A DNA stretch of 64,000 bases, from contig JBEKKR010000008.1 of assembly GCA_050010635.1 (NCBI GenBank), forward strand, positions 56,378-120,377, read 5' to 3'. Under the pieces are notes generated by a model, which made no database searches, was not told where the DNA came from, and saw nothing but the letters and a program-made list of their open reading frames with translations. Source of the stretch: Candidatus Limnocylindrales bacterium (GTDB taxonomy: Bacteria > Chloroflexota > Limnocylindria > Limnocylindrales > CSP1-4). A program made the position numbers and the translations under genes. Position 1 is the first letter of the stretch. Each line of letters begins with the position of its first letter. Below, in pieces: positions 18,127 through 28,226 of this stretch.

Positions 18127-18146
18127 CCGGGAGCGCGGATTCGACT

Positions 18147-18185
18147 GAGGGCGTGCTCGGGCCGCAGGGTTCCGGGCACGCCCTC
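18147..18185 (+). terminator. Hairpin downstream of the HtrA-like gene (10-bp stem GAGGGCGTGC/GCACGCCCTC)
   Basis: Seen in sequence 20 nt after the stop; followed by the direct repeat CTGATTCAGGGC x2 (18186-18213). Confidence 0.4.
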
Positions 18186-18205
18186 TGATTCAGGGCCGGC
18201 CTGAT

Positions 18206-18754
18206 TCAGGGCGCGCCCGGGCTGGGCAAGACTAGATAGATCTCCTGGGGCGTCCCGGAAGCGCACGCCGGAATCGCATCGATGCGCCGCTGGCCAGTCG
18301 CGGGGTCGGCGCTCGCAACTGCCGTCGACAGCACGAACGTGTAGACGTGGTCGCCGCACCCCATCGCCAGGACCGGAACTCCGTCCGTCTCGATCAGGAC
18401 CGAAACTCCGTCCGTCTCGATGTAGAAGAAGGCGGACTGGGGCGTTTCGAGGGCCTCCGACGTAGGCGCCGTTGCGGGCCACGGAGTCGCAGCGGCTGAC
18501 CCGGAGAGTGCGTCGCTCGCGGTTGCAGGCTCGGGAGCAGCGACTGCCAACGAGGAGGTGGACCCGGACGGCACCGGCGGCTGCGTGCCGATGTCCCAGG
18601 GCTTGGCGATCGCGACGGCCAGAAAGACGACCGCGGCCGCCGACGCGAAGGTGAGCATGCGGGAGTCGCTTCGCCGGCCGATTCGACTGATGGTCGGACC
18701 GGCATCGGGCGGCTCCTGCGCGTTGAACACGACAGGTGACCTCTCTTCGTCCAT
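18206..18754 (-). CDS. Hypothetical membrane-anchored protein
   Basis: Single N-proximal TM (AAAVVFLAVAIA); contains an in-frame 27-nt tandem duplication (IETDGVSVL/IETDGVPVL). Confidence 0.45.
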   Translation of the reverse strand: MDEERSPVVFNAQEPPDAGPTISRIGRRSDSRMLTFASAAAVVFLAVAIAKPWDIGTQPPVPSGSTSSLAVAAPEPATASDALSGSAAATPWPATAPTSEALETPQSAFFYIETDGVSVLIETDGVPVLAMGCGDHVYTFVLSTAVASADPATGQRRIDAIPACASGTPQEIYLVLPSPGAP

Positions 18755-18850
18755 CGACGCCTACCATAAGCCCCGCGGTCATCAAGTCAAGTCGAGAGAG
18801 GTCGCCCAGATGCCGCCCACGGGCGCGTCCTCGTGAGCCATGATTGACGC

Positions 18851-20404
18851 ATGCCTGCGCTGAAGGTTCGGGCCGGACCGACTCTGGTTGGGGTCGACGT
18901 CGGGTCGACCCACATCAAGGTCGCGCTCGTGGCCCCGGGGAGTAGCGTGCTCCACGTCGCCCGGCGAGCCACCGAGACCCACGCCGTCCGGGGCGGCGGC
19001 GCGTACCACCGCCCGGCCGAGCTGCTCGCTGCGGTGAACTCGGCCATCGCCGAGTGTGTGGCCGCGGCCGGCGGCGCCGCCGGCAAGCCAGTGGCCGTAG
19101 GCATCGCCAGCATGGCCGAGGCCGGCGTCCCCATCGATCGCCGCAACCTGCCCCTCGGCGACATCCTGGCCTGGCACGACCCACGGCCCGAACGTCACGC
19201 CGCGTCGCTGGAGCGGCGGATCGGTGCCGCCACCCTCTTCGCCAGGACGGGGCTGCGGGCGGAGCCGAAGTACACGCTGCCCAAGCTGCTGTGGCTGCGC
19301 GAACAGAGGGCCTCGGACTTCACGCGCCTCCGCCGCTGGGCCGGCGTCGCCGAGCTGGTGGCGCTCGACCTGACCGGCGAGCTCGGGACGAACGCCTCCC
19401 TGGCCTGCAGGACGCTCGCCTTCGATGTCACCAGACGAATGTGGGACTCCGAGCTGCTGGCCCTGGCCAGCCTCGGGCCGGACCAGATGCCGCCCGTGCT
19501 GCCACTCGGCAAAGCGGTCGGCGGCCTGACGGCGGCGGCGGCCACCCGGCTGGGATTGCCGGGCGGGACGCCGGTCGCGGTCGCGGGCCATGATCACCTG
19601 GCGGCGGCCCTCGGCGCCGGTGTCACCAGGCCGGGCGATGTCCTCGACTCGATGGGCAGCGCCGAGGCGGCGCTGCTGGTCACCGAGGCTCCGGCTCTCG
19701 CCGACGAGGTCCGCCGGGGCGGCTACTCGACCGGCTGCCACGCCGCCGACGGACTGGCCTACGTGGCCGGCGGGCTGCAGTCGTCCGGGGCGCTGATCGA
19801 ATGGTTCCTCGCCACCTTCCTCGACCCCGGAGCGGGGCGAGAGGGCGCAGGTCCCGATGCCGCTACCTCGGAAGCCGATCGCTACGCGCGCTTCATCGAG
19901 CTGCTGGAGCAGGCTGGGCCCGGACCGGTCGAGCCGATCGTCCGGCCATACCTGCGAGGCCGGACCGCGCCCCATCGCGATCCTGCGGCGAGCTTCGAGA
20001 TCGAGGGGTTGCGCGAGTCTCACACCCTTGTCGACATTGCGGCGGCCGTGGTCGACGGCGCCGCGTACCACGTCCGCTGGATGCTCGACGAGCTGGCCCG
20101 CATCACCGGCACGCCTCTCGACCGGGTCAAGCTCACCGGCGGGGGAGCGCGGAATCGGCGCTGGGTGACCGCCAAGGCGGCCCTCGGTCCCGGCCGGCTC
20201 GAGGTGGTCCGGACGGACGAGGCGGCCGCCCTGGGAGCGGCGCTGGTGGCGGGTGTCGCCTGCGGCGCCTACGAGTCAGTGGCCGACGCCCTTGCCGACG
20301 CCTCGCCCTTCGACCGGGTCACCGCCGCGGCCACCGTGCGCGCCCGGTACGACGCCGCCTATCTGGATCGCTGGCTGCCGGCCGTGATGGCGCGCCTGCG
20401 CTAG
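18851..20404 (+). CDS. FGGY-family carbohydrate kinase (xylulokinase/gluconokinase-like)
   Basis: N-terminal LVGVDVGSTHIKVALV, central GHDHLAAALGAG, C-terminal LTGGGARNRRW, typical of FGGY kinases. Confidence 0.8.
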   Translation: MPALKVRAGPTLVGVDVGSTHIKVALVAPGSSVLHVARRATETHAVRGGGAYHRPAELLAAVNSAIAECVAAAGGAAGKPVAVGIASMAEAGVPIDRRNLPLGDILAWHDPRPERHAASLERRIGAATLFARTGLRAEPKYTLPKLLWLREQRASDFTRLRRWAGVAELVALDLTGELGTNASLACRTLAFDVTRRMWDSELLALASLGPDQMPPVLPLGKAVGGLTAAAATRLGLPGGTPVAVAGHDHLAAALGAGVTRPGDVLDSMGSAEAALLVTEAPALADEVRRGGYSTGCHAADGLAYVAGGLQSSGALIEWFLATFLDPGAGREGAGPDAATSEADRYARFIELLEQAGPGPVEPIVRPYLRGRTAPHRDPAASFEIEGLRESHTLVDIAAAVVDGAAYHVRWMLDELARITGTPLDRVKLTGGGARNRRWVTAKAALGPGRLEVVRTDEAAALGAALVAGVACGAYESVADALADASPFDRVTAAATVRARYDAAYLDRWLPAVMARLR

Positions 20405-20425
20405 CGCCGGGCACCGCCGCGGACC

Positions 20426-21655
20426 TCAGCGGTACACGGCCGACTCCGATCGAACCAGCGCCGCGAGGTTGCCGAGAGCCACGTTCACGTCTACCAGGTG
20501 GAGTCCCCAGGTCGGCGACTCGGCGATGCTCAGGCTGGGCCGGCGGTCCGACGTGCCGCCGGTTCGGTCGACCTGGAGCCAGGTCGCGCCGCCCGAACTG
20601 ACGCAGTGCGCCGAGTACTCGCCTGGATAGGAGATGAACGGCGTGGCGGCCGCGGCCTTGGGCGCGCGGCTGCCGAGGAAGAGCGAGAGCCCGGCAGTGG
20701 GGAAGTACGGATCCAGCGGGGCGGTGCCGCCGCCCGGCGCGGCCGGGTTGACGCACAGGATTTGCAGCCCCGCGGACGAACCTCCCCAGAACCGGTTGAG
20801 AGCCGAGTTGACGCGACCGAAGACCGCGCCGGCCGGAGGCGTGCTGTCGAAGGTCGAGTACGCGACGACGCAGCCGGTCTGGGACGCCGAGGAGCAGGCC
20901 GGGATGTTGTCGAAGGCCCCGCCGACCGACTTGCCGATGGGTACCGTGACATTGCCGCCGAGGAGCAACGCCGACACGAGACGCCGGCGCACGTCCGGGT
21001 TCGGATCGACCTGGAACTTGAGCAGGCCGGTGAGCATGATCGCGCCCTGCGAGTGCCCGATGAAGACGATGCCCCGGCCGTGGTTGTAGTTGGCCATGTA
21101 GCTGCGGAAGGCCGAGTCGAGGTAGTTGTAGGCGATCAGCGCCGAGGCGAAGGAGATCTTGCTCGGTGTCGCGATGGCGGCGAGCGTCAGCTGTGGGTAC
21201 ATCGGCGCGAAGACGCGGCAGACCTGCGAGAACCGCGCCGCCTGGGCGACGGCAACGGCCCGCTCCTCCGGATCGATCGTCAGGTTGGCGTTGACCGTCT
21301 TCTGCTTGCTGACGGTCGGGTATACGTAGAAGCAGTCGATCGGCGGATCCGTGGCGGGGGCTGCGGGCTCAACGGTCGACTTGCCGGCGGCGTCGACGAC
21401 GGTCGCGTCGAGGTTTCCCTCGCACGGGTTGGCCGCCAGCCCGGGCTTGCACAGCCAGACGGTGTCGTCGGGCGCGGGCGAGGCGGAGGCGGTCGGATCC
21501 GGGGTGGGAGAGACAGATGCGAGGGGTGTCGCGGTGGCCGAGGTCTGGTCGGCCCTCGGCGTAGGTGCCTGGCCCTGGGTCGATGTCGAGCCCGAGCCGC
21601 ATGCTGCGGCCGTCAGCAGGACAACGAACGCGAGAAGAAGGATGCGTCGGCGCAT
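20426..21655 (-). CDS. Secreted lipoprotein with alpha/beta-hydrolase-like GHSQG serine motif (DUF3089-like)
   Basis: Lipobox LLTAAACGS; Pro/Thr/Ser-rich linker; GHSQGAIML nucleophile-elbow-like motif. Confidence 0.6.
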   Translation of the reverse strand: MRRRILLLAFVVLLTAAACGSGSTSTQGQAPTPRADQTSATATPLASVSPTPDPTASASPAPDDTVWLCKPGLAANPCEGNLDATVVDAAGKSTVEPAAPATDPPIDCFYVYPTVSKQKTVNANLTIDPEERAVAVAQAARFSQVCRVFAPMYPQLTLAAIATPSKISFASALIAYNYLDSAFRSYMANYNHGRGIVFIGHSQGAIMLTGLLKFQVDPNPDVRRRLVSALLLGGNVTVPIGKSVGGAFDNIPACSSASQTGCVVAYSTFDSTPPAGAVFGRVNSALNRFWGGSSAGLQILCVNPAAPGGGTAPLDPYFPTAGLSLFLGSRAPKAAAATPFISYPGEYSAHCVSSGGATWLQVDRTGGTSDRRPSLSIAESPTWGLHLVDVNVALGNLAALVRSESAVYR

Positions 21656-21865
21656 TGGGGCATCCTCCCCCCAAACGCCGCGGGCTGTCCAACGGGCCGG
21701 TTCGAGACCCCGTCAGACGGCCGGCGCCCGACTGCGCAGGATCGGCCACTCGGGATCCCCCCTTGTCGAATCGGGTGAGAAGTTCGGGCGTGACCGACCG
21801 GGTCGCATCGCGGGCCGCCCGTTCGAGGAGCGGAAGCCGGAGGTCCGGCCGCGTAGACTTGGCCC

Positions 21866-22576
21866 ATGAACTGGTTCGTCGATCCCAAGAAGATGCGTCT
21901 GCCCTCATCGAATGAAGTTCTGCCCGGTCGCGCGCAGGAGATGCCAGTCCCCGCCCGGCACGCCATCCTCGACGCGCCGATCCGACCGCCCTATCCCGCC
22001 GGAACGGAGATCGCGGAGTTCGGGATGGGCTGCTTCTGGGGCGCCGAGAAGCTGTTCTGGAACACCCCCGGCGTCGTGACGACGGCGGTCGGCTATTCCG
22101 GCGGCGGCACCCCGAACCCGACGTATGAAGAGGTCTGCACGGGCCGTACCGGGCACATCGAGACGGTCCGCGTCGTCTTCGATCCGAAGAAGGTCACCTA
22201 CGGCGAGCTGCTCAAGATCTTCTGGGAGGAGCACGACCCGACGCAGGGAATGCGCCAGGGCGGCGATCAGGGCACGCAGTACCGCTCCGCGATCCTGACC
22301 CACAACGGAGCCCAGCAGCGCGAGGCAGAGGCGGCGCGCGAGGCGTTCCAGACCCGGCTCAAGGCCGCCGGCATGGGCACGATCACCACCGACATCCGCC
22401 CCGCCCCCGAGCTCTACTTCGCCGAGGCCTACCACCAGCAGTACCTCGAGAAGAACCCGAACGGCTACTGCCCCAACCACGCCACCGGCGTGACCCTGCC
22501 GGCCGACTTCTTCAAGTCGGCGGGCGCAGCACGACGTGCAGTCGATGCGGCGAAGGCGATCGAACAGGCTCGCTGA
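21866..22576 (+). CDS. msrA: Peptide-methionine (S)-S-oxide reductase
   Basis: GMGCFWGAEKLF active site and full-length MsrA similarity. Confidence 0.9.
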   Translation: MNWFVDPKKMRLPSSNEVLPGRAQEMPVPARHAILDAPIRPPYPAGTEIAEFGMGCFWGAEKLFWNTPGVVTTAVGYSGGGTPNPTYEEVCTGRTGHIETVRVVFDPKKVTYGELLKIFWEEHDPTQGMRQGGDQGTQYRSAILTHNGAQQREAEAAREAFQTRLKAAGMGTITTDIRPAPELYFAEAYHQQYLEKNPNGYCPNHATGVTLPADFFKSAGAARRAVDAAKAIEQAR

Positions 22577-22827
22577 CGAGCCGGCACGGACTGTCCTTGC
22601 CGTGGGGGTGATCAAGTTGCGGTTGCCGGGCCACAGCCCGTATCCGCCTCGCCTTCAGCTGATCGGCGGGTTTTCATCCTCGTGGCTGGCGCGAATTCCA
22701 GCCTAGAGTCGGCCGCAGCAGTTGGCCGAAGAGTCTGCGGCATCGTTTGCCGCGCCCCACGGCCGGGCTCGGTGCCGTCGCAGCGGCGGCGCCAGTAGGA
22801 CCAGTTGGCAGTGGGAGGTCCGGAGCT

Positions 22828-23406
22828 ATGTCTGACATGAACCAGGCCCGGCCGGAGGTGGAACCGGCGCTACCTGTCGCTAAAGAGGGGGAACCCGAGC
22901 CAGCCGTCGAAACACAGGCAACACCCGAGCCGGCCGTCGTCCCGCCGCCAACCGTGCCAACCGATGTCAACGCCCGGTCGACGCAGATGGTCGTCGGCAT
23001 GCGGCAGGGCCCGGGCTTTCTTGCCCGGGCAGTCTGGTTCGTACTCATCGGCTGGTGGCTTACCGCCATCGTGATCGTAGTCGCCTACGCGCTGGCGTTG
23101 TCCATCCTGGGATTGCCGTTCGCCTTCTATCTGTTCAACCGCATTCCGGCGTTCCTGACCCTCCGCGGCCGCAGCAAGACCTTTGAGGTCGAGACCACCG
23201 CCGATGGGACGAGGTACTTGACCGCGGCGAACGTCCAACAGCGTCCGATGTTGCTCCGGGCCATCTGGTTCATTCTCATCGGCTTCTGGTTCGGTGCCAT
23301 CTGGATGGCTCTGGCGTACGTGCTGTGTGTGCTGATCGTCACGATGCCGTTCGGGCTCGCGATGTTCAACCGAGTGGGCGCGGTGATGACGCTCCTTCGC
23401 TACTAG
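22828..23406 (+). CDS. YccF-like inner-membrane protein (tandem DUF307 repeats)
   Basis: Two repeats of the WFxLIGWW...LAY...PFxLxxFNRxxxxxTL pattern; RBS GGGAGG before the ATG at 22828. Confidence 0.7.
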   Translation: MSDMNQARPEVEPALPVAKEGEPEPAVETQATPEPAVVPPPTVPTDVNARSTQMVVGMRQGPGFLARAVWFVLIGWWLTAIVIVVAYALALSILGLPFAFYLFNRIPAFLTLRGRSKTFEVETTADGTRYLTAANVQQRPMLLRAIWFILIGFWFGAIWMALAYVLCVLIVTMPFGLAMFNRVGAVMTLLRY

Positions 23407-23582
23407 AGGCACGCCAATCTGGCCCGGCCCCTGCGCGGCGGCGGCTACCACTACTACCCAACCGTGGACCAGGTCACGGGCTGGATCCTGGCCGCTGGTC
23501 GGCGAGGATTAGTCGGACCGCCGAGTACCCCCCGGGTGTCACGGCGCCCGACGACTACCAGGCGAGCGGGAAGTGGCCCGCG

Positions 23583-24344
23583 CTACGCGCCCGTCACCTT
23601 GGTCGGAACGGTCACCTTGTTCGCCGGGTCGTTGACGTTGCTGATGTCGAACAGGACCTCGTAGACGATGCTGTTGTCGACTGCCGTGCCCACGATGGCC
23701 ATGCTGACGGGGTAGCCGCCATCCTGGGCAATCCAGACATCGGCCGTCCACGTGGCCCCGGTGATGGCCGCGATCGATCCGAGTGTGGCAAGACCCGCGC
23801 TCGAAGCCCGGTAGTGGTCTGCTTGCACGCCGTTCTTGGTATCAGACCCGATTCGGTCGTAGCCGCCGACCGTTGACGGATTGATGGCGCTCGAAAACAT
23901 CGTGGCCGGGGAGAACCTCTCGGCCAGCTTCGTGCCGGAAATCGTGATCTGGTCGAAGCTGCCGGTACCGCTCATATCCAGGTAGTCTTGCCCGCCGATC
24001 TCGATGATGTGGAGGCCGATCATCTTTATGTCCGCGGCTTCCTCGGGCTTGACGATGATGGTGCCGCCTATCGTGAATGGGGCGTCGCCCACGGCCGACG
24101 AGGTGGGGAGCATCGAGAGCATGGAACTGAACGTGCCGCCCGCCAGAGTCATGCCGAAGTTGTAGCTTCTGACGTTTGCGAAGGCGCTCGCCGCCGCGCC
24201 GAGGCCCGTGTCCGGGCTACTGGTGGCGCCTGAGTTGCCGGGTCCTGCAGTCGTCGAGCTGCCGACGCAGGCGCTCAGCGCTATCGCCATGACCGTCAGC
24301 AAAACGACCCGGCCGCGGCTCCGCCGCTCGATGAACCTGGGCAT
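23583..24344 (-). CDS. Hypothetical lipoprotein
   Basis: Signal/lipobox VVLLTVMAIALSAC; strong RBS AAGGAGG; last gene of a three-gene minus-strand operon. Confidence 0.55.
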   Translation of the reverse strand: MPRFIERRSRGRVVLLTVMAIALSACVGSSTTAGPGNSGATSSPDTGLGAAASAFANVRSYNFGMTLAGGTFSSMLSMLPTSSAVGDAPFTIGGTIIVKPEEAADIKMIGLHIIEIGGQDYLDMSGTGSFDQITISGTKLAERFSPATMFSSAINPSTVGGYDRIGSDTKNGVQADHYRASSAGLATLGSIAAITGATWTADVWIAQDGGYPVSMAIVGTAVDNSIVYEVLFDISNVNDPANKVTVPTKVTGA

Positions 24345-24430
24345 TTGGACCTCCTTTGGAATCGTGAAGCCGGCTGCGGAAGGCGCGGCTGGGGACGTAA
24401 GACCTCGGGCACCTTCCGCGCCACCGGCGC

Positions 24431-24811
24431 TCAGATCGTGAGGAGCCGGTCGAAGAACGACCGGTAATGCTGCAGGGCGATCCGCAGATCCTCCGTCGAG
24501 ATGGTCTCGCCCTGAACCAGCTGCGGTTCGAGCTTCGCTCGCCTCTCGGCGAAGGTCTTCGCGAGTTGCTTCATGACCTCCGCGACGAGGAGATCGGCCT
24601 GCTCGACCGACCGTCCGGGCTCGTCGACGAAGCCTGCCTGGATGTCCAGCCATCGAGTCCGGAAGGAATCGGCTGCGCCGGGCGCAAAGAGCAGGATACT
24701 GCTCCTCCTCGTTGTTCGGCGCAGGCCCGACGGACTGGTCCGCGGCCGCTTCGGGGGCCGTGGACCGGGGCTCGGCGTGTCGTTCGCCTGGAGCGTTGTC
24801 GGTTGGATCAT
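24431..24811 (-). CDS. Hypothetical protein, paralog of the upstream gene's C-terminal domain
   Basis: SFRTRWLDIQAGFVDEPGRSVEQADLLVAEVM aligns with RFNDEWQVMQATFVDDPSTAVHDADALIGRVM in the upstream gene; ATGA start/stop overlap at 24808-24811. Confidence 0.5.
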   Translation of the reverse strand: MIQPTTLQANDTPSPGPRPPKRPRTSPSGLRRTTRRSSILLFAPGAADSFRTRWLDIQAGFVDEPGRSVEQADLLVAEVMKQLAKTFAERRAKLEPQLVQGETISTEDLRIALQHYRSFFDRLLTI

Positions 24812-25416
24812 CGGGCTGCCACCTGGACGGCGGACTCCGGGAGAGTCCCAACCGTCGGCGGCTCCTCGACCATCTCGGTGAACAACGCGTGTGAGTTGAG
24901 CACGGCCTGGCGCAGGTCCTCCGTGTTCGCCTGACCATCAGCGTCGCGGAGCGCGACCTCGTGCGCGGCGCGGTAGTGGTCGAGGATGGCGGGATGGTCG
25001 ACCGAAACGTCGGCGGAGCGCTGCTCGTAGTCGCTCTCCGGGTAACCACGGGCGGCCATGACTCGTCCGATTAACGCGTCGGCATCGTGAACGGCGGTTG
25101 ATGGATCGTCGACGAATGTGGCCTGCATGACCTGCCACTCGTCGTTGAAGCGCTTGCCTTCGTCGGCCTCGAGGGGCCTGATGTCGAACCCCGAAACTCG
25201 CTTCTGACGGGCCGTCAGCTCGCTTTCCGCGATGCGGACGTCGCCTTTCTCGGCCACCGTCCGGTCGTACTCGGGCCCGAACCGCTGCCGGAGCTGCTCG
25301 CTCCGCTGTTCCTTCTCGTTCCGCTGTCGCGTCTGCTGTGTCGAGTACAAACGGGCGGCCACGATCACGATCGCGACGATCACGACCGCGGCGACGATCA
25401 ATGCTGCAGTAGGCAT
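24808..25416 (-). CDS. Hypothetical membrane-anchored protein (N-terminal TM plus charged coiled-coil region plus conserved C-terminal domain)
   Basis: TM ALIVAAVVIVAIVIVAA then an E/R/Q-rich segment; paralogous domain shared with the downstream gene. Confidence 0.5.
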   Translation of the reverse strand: MPTAALIVAAVVIVAIVIVAARLYSTQQTRQRNEKEQRSEQLRQRFGPEYDRTVAEKGDVRIAESELTARQKRVSGFDIRPLEADEGKRFNDEWQVMQATFVDDPSTAVHDADALIGRVMAARGYPESDYEQRSADVSVDHPAILDHYRAAHEVALRDADGQANTEDLRQAVLNSHALFTEMVEEPPTVGTLPESAVQVAAR

Positions 25417-25479
25417 CTAGGAATTCCTCGTTTGGCTTGGCCCCGGGATGCGTTTCATCGGGCTGCGGCATCTTGCGGC

Positions 25480-25496
25480 GATACCAGTCTGGTATC
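25480..25496. promoter_or_regulatory. Perfect palindrome GATACCAG-T-CTGGTATC in the divergent intergenic region
   Basis: Seen in sequence between the 24808-25416 gene (minus) and the ArsB-like permease (plus). Confidence 0.3.
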
Positions 25497-25593
25497 TCGA
25501 CACCGCCGGATCGCTCACGCTAGGCCGAAGCCGGCGGCGGCGCGAGGATGAAAACCCACACCGTCTGACGAACAGGTCGGCGCCGGGCCTGGA

Positions 25594-26967
25594 TTGCCAC
25601 GACTCGGGGCGCAGCAAACCCCGAACGTTGCCCACCGGCGCCAGGCTTTGGGCCGTGCGACCATTGCGTTCTTGATCGCATCATCGTCGCTGACTTCTCA
25701 AGCGCCCATCGCCGCCGCCATCTTCCTGGTGGCGATTGCCCTGGTCGTCGCTCGACCGTGGCGTTTGACCGAGGCCTTCGCCGCCTTGATCGGCGCGGGC
25801 GCGATGGTCCTCGCGGGGCTCGTGTCGCCGAGCGGCGCAGTCTCGGACGTCGCCGGTCATTGGAACGTCCTGCTCTTTTTCGTTGGTCTGACCGGGGCGG
25901 CGGCCGTGGCCGAACGAAGCGGGCTGTTCGACGCGTTGGCCGGCACTTCCGCAAGGTTGTCGGGGGGCAGCCCGAAGCGGCTGCTCGTCGCGGTCGTGGG
26001 GGCCGGCGCAATCGTTGCCGCGCTCCTGTCCAACGATGCCGCCGCTCTCGTCTTGACGCCCGTCGTCTACGTGCTCGTGGCCCGGTTCGGCCTGTCGCCG
26101 CTTCCATACGTGCTCGCCTGCACCTTCGTGGCCGATGCCGCATCCATCGCGCTCCCGGTCAGCAACCCCGTGAACGTCATCGTCAGCGACCGCCTCGGGG
26201 TGAGCGCGGCCAGCCTGGTGCCCGTTCTCTTGCCGGCCGGCATCGCGTCCGTGGTCGCTTTGCTCGGCTGCTTGTTCGTCGTCTACCGACGGCAGCTTCC
26301 GGCGCGAGCGCCGCTCGCGCCTTCCTCAGGCTCATGGGCCACCTGGGCCGAAGTTCCTCGACCGCTCCTGGGCGGCTTCGGGGTCGCGGTTGCCGCCTTC
26401 GCCCTGGCTTCGGCGGTGGATCTGCCTCTCGGGCCGACGATGGCCGCCGTGTGGCTGCTGCTGCTCGGCGTCGAGTGGATGAGCCGGCGTCCCGATCGGC
26501 CGCTCGACGGCGTCGGCTGGTCGCTGCTCGTCTTCGTGGCCTCGATGGGCATACTCGTAGACGGCCTTTCGTCCGCCGGCATTACCGCCTGGCTCGCGCA
26601 GATCGTGCTGGGGCAGGTGCGCGACTCGCCGGCCGCGGTCATGGTCGTGACCGCCTTCGCCGCGGCCGTTGGCTCTAACCTGATCAACAATCTCCCGGCC
26701 GCATTCGTGTTCGCCGACGCCGTTCACGGCGCGGGACTGAGTGCGGCCAGCGCCCATGCCGCCGCCCTCGGCACGATCATCGGGGCGGACCTGGGACCAA
26801 ACTTGACGCCCGTCGGCTCAGTCGCCACGCTCCTGTGGTTCGTGCTCCTGCGCCAGCGTGGCCTGGAGGTGTCAACGTGGAGCTACATCCGGATCGGGAT
26901 CATCGTGACGCCCATCACGATCCTCGCGGCGCTCGGCGTCGCCCTGTTGCTCGGCGTGCCGAGGTGA
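25594..26967 (+). CDS. ArsB/NhaD-superfamily anion permease
   Basis: About 12 TM; sequence resembles arsenical pump membrane protein/citrate transporter-like permeases; start uncertain. Confidence 0.75.
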   Translation: MPRLGAQQTPNVAHRRQALGRATIAFLIASSSLTSQAPIAAAIFLVAIALVVARPWRLTEAFAALIGAGAMVLAGLVSPSGAVSDVAGHWNVLLFFVGLTGAAAVAERSGLFDALAGTSARLSGGSPKRLLVAVVGAGAIVAALLSNDAAALVLTPVVYVLVARFGLSPLPYVLACTFVADAASIALPVSNPVNVIVSDRLGVSAASLVPVLLPAGIASVVALLGCLFVVYRRQLPARAPLAPSSGSWATWAEVPRPLLGGFGVAVAAFALASAVDLPLGPTMAAVWLLLLGVEWMSRRPDRPLDGVGWSLLVFVASMGILVDGLSSAGITAWLAQIVLGQVRDSPAAVMVVTAFAAAVGSNLINNLPAAFVFADAVHGAGLSAASAHAAALGTIIGADLGPNLTPVGSVATLLWFVLLRQRGLEVSTWSYIRIGIIVTPITILAALGVALLLGVPR

Positions 26968-26974
26968 CCTGGTC

Positions 26975-27475
26975 GTGAGCGCACGTAGACGCTTCCTTGT
27001 GGCTCTGGCCGGCACCGAGGACGCCGCCCTGCCCGCACATCTTGCGCAGGTCGTCGGCTCAGGCGGATCGGAGGACGAAATCACGCTCCTGCACGTCGCG
27101 GAAGCCGGACCTCGGGAGCTTGCGGCCTACGACCCGGTAGTCCGCCGGGGGCCCTGGCCGCTGCCGAAGAGAGACCGGATCGAGCACCGCCTGGCCGACG
27201 CGGACGACGAAGGATCAGCCGCTCTTCTGGCCCTCTGGCACGAGCGGTTCGTGGCGGCCCTGCCCGGGGCCCAGATCGTGCACCTCGTCGCCCAGGGTCG
27301 CCCGGAGCAAGAGATCATCGCCGCCGCCCAACGGCTGCATGCCGACGCGGTCATCCTCTGCGCCCGCCCGCGAACTGGCGCCACCGAGCCCGGGCCCAGG
27401 AGCGTGGGCCACGTGGCCCGGTTCGTTGTCGACCACTCCCCGGTGCCGGTTCTGCTCATCCGGCGCTCCAGCTGA
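26975..27475 (+). CDS. Universal stress protein (UspA family)
   Basis: LLHVAE ... AQRLHADAVILCARPRTG ... GHVARFVVDHSPVPVLLIR, typical USP C-terminus. Confidence 0.7.
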   Translation: MSARRRFLVALAGTEDAALPAHLAQVVGSGGSEDEITLLHVAEAGPRELAAYDPVVRRGPWPLPKRDRIEHRLADADDEGSAALLALWHERFVAALPGAQIVHLVAQGRPEQEIIAAAQRLHADAVILCARPRTGATEPGPRSVGHVARFVVDHSPVPVLLIRRSS

Positions 27476-27566
27476 CCTGGCCGCCCGCCGAGCGAGCGGA
27501 TCCCCGGGCACAAGGGCGAGCGGACTCCGTCCGCGGGATGGCATCAAGAGCTGTTCGGCGACCTCG

Positions 27567-28226
27567 CTATTTGCCGTCCCGGCCGGCCGCCGCGTATCCG
27601 CTCAGCACGTTGTCGACTATGCGCTCGGCAAACGCGCGATCGAGCTCGCCGCCGAACATCAGCCGGAAGTAGACCGGGCCGACGAGCAGTTCAGTGGCAA
27701 TCTCGGCGTCCGCATCCGGGCACAGGTCGCCGCGTTCGATGCCGCGGGCGATCATCCGGGCGATCTCGGTGCGCCTTGCCTGCACGACCGTTGCCCGGAA
27801 GGGGTCGCCGAGAGCGGGGTTCGTGGCGATCTGTGAGAGCAGGGCGCGAATGACCGGGCCGAACTCGGACTCGGTGACGGCCAGCAGCGGGTTCATCACC
27901 GCCGCCAGCATCTCCTCGCGCGTGTCGCCGGACTCTTCGATCGCGATGTGCGGCGCGGCCAGATCGGCCAGGAGGGCCTGAGCGAGCGCCTCCTTCGATG
28001 GCCAGCGGCGGTAGATCGTCGCCTTGCCCACGCCTGCGTAAGCCGCCACGTGCTCAAGGCGAAGTCGCGTGTACCCGTCCCGAATGAGCAGTTCACGGGC
28101 CGCGTCGAGTATCGCCCGGTTGACCCTGTCGCTACGCGGCCGGCCCCTGTGCGCTCCGCCGCTCGCCGTCGCCGGCGGCCCCGCCGGCGAGTTGCGAGAC
28201 GGAGCGTCTTGATAAATGCGGGCCAT
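27567..28226 (-). CDS. TetR/AcrR-family transcriptional regulator
   Basis: HTH RLEHVAAYAGVGKATIYRRWPSKEAL; start at MARIYQ (ATG 28224-28226). Confidence 0.8.
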   Translation of the reverse strand: MARIYQDAPSRNSPAGPPATASGGAHRGRPRSDRVNRAILDAARELLIRDGYTRLRLEHVAAYAGVGKATIYRRWPSKEALAQALLADLAAPHIAIEESGDTREEMLAAVMNPLLAVTESEFGPVIRALLSQIATNPALGDPFRATVVQARRTEIARMIARGIERGDLCPDADAEIATELLVGPVYFRLMFGGELDRAFAERIVDNVLSGYAAAGRDGK

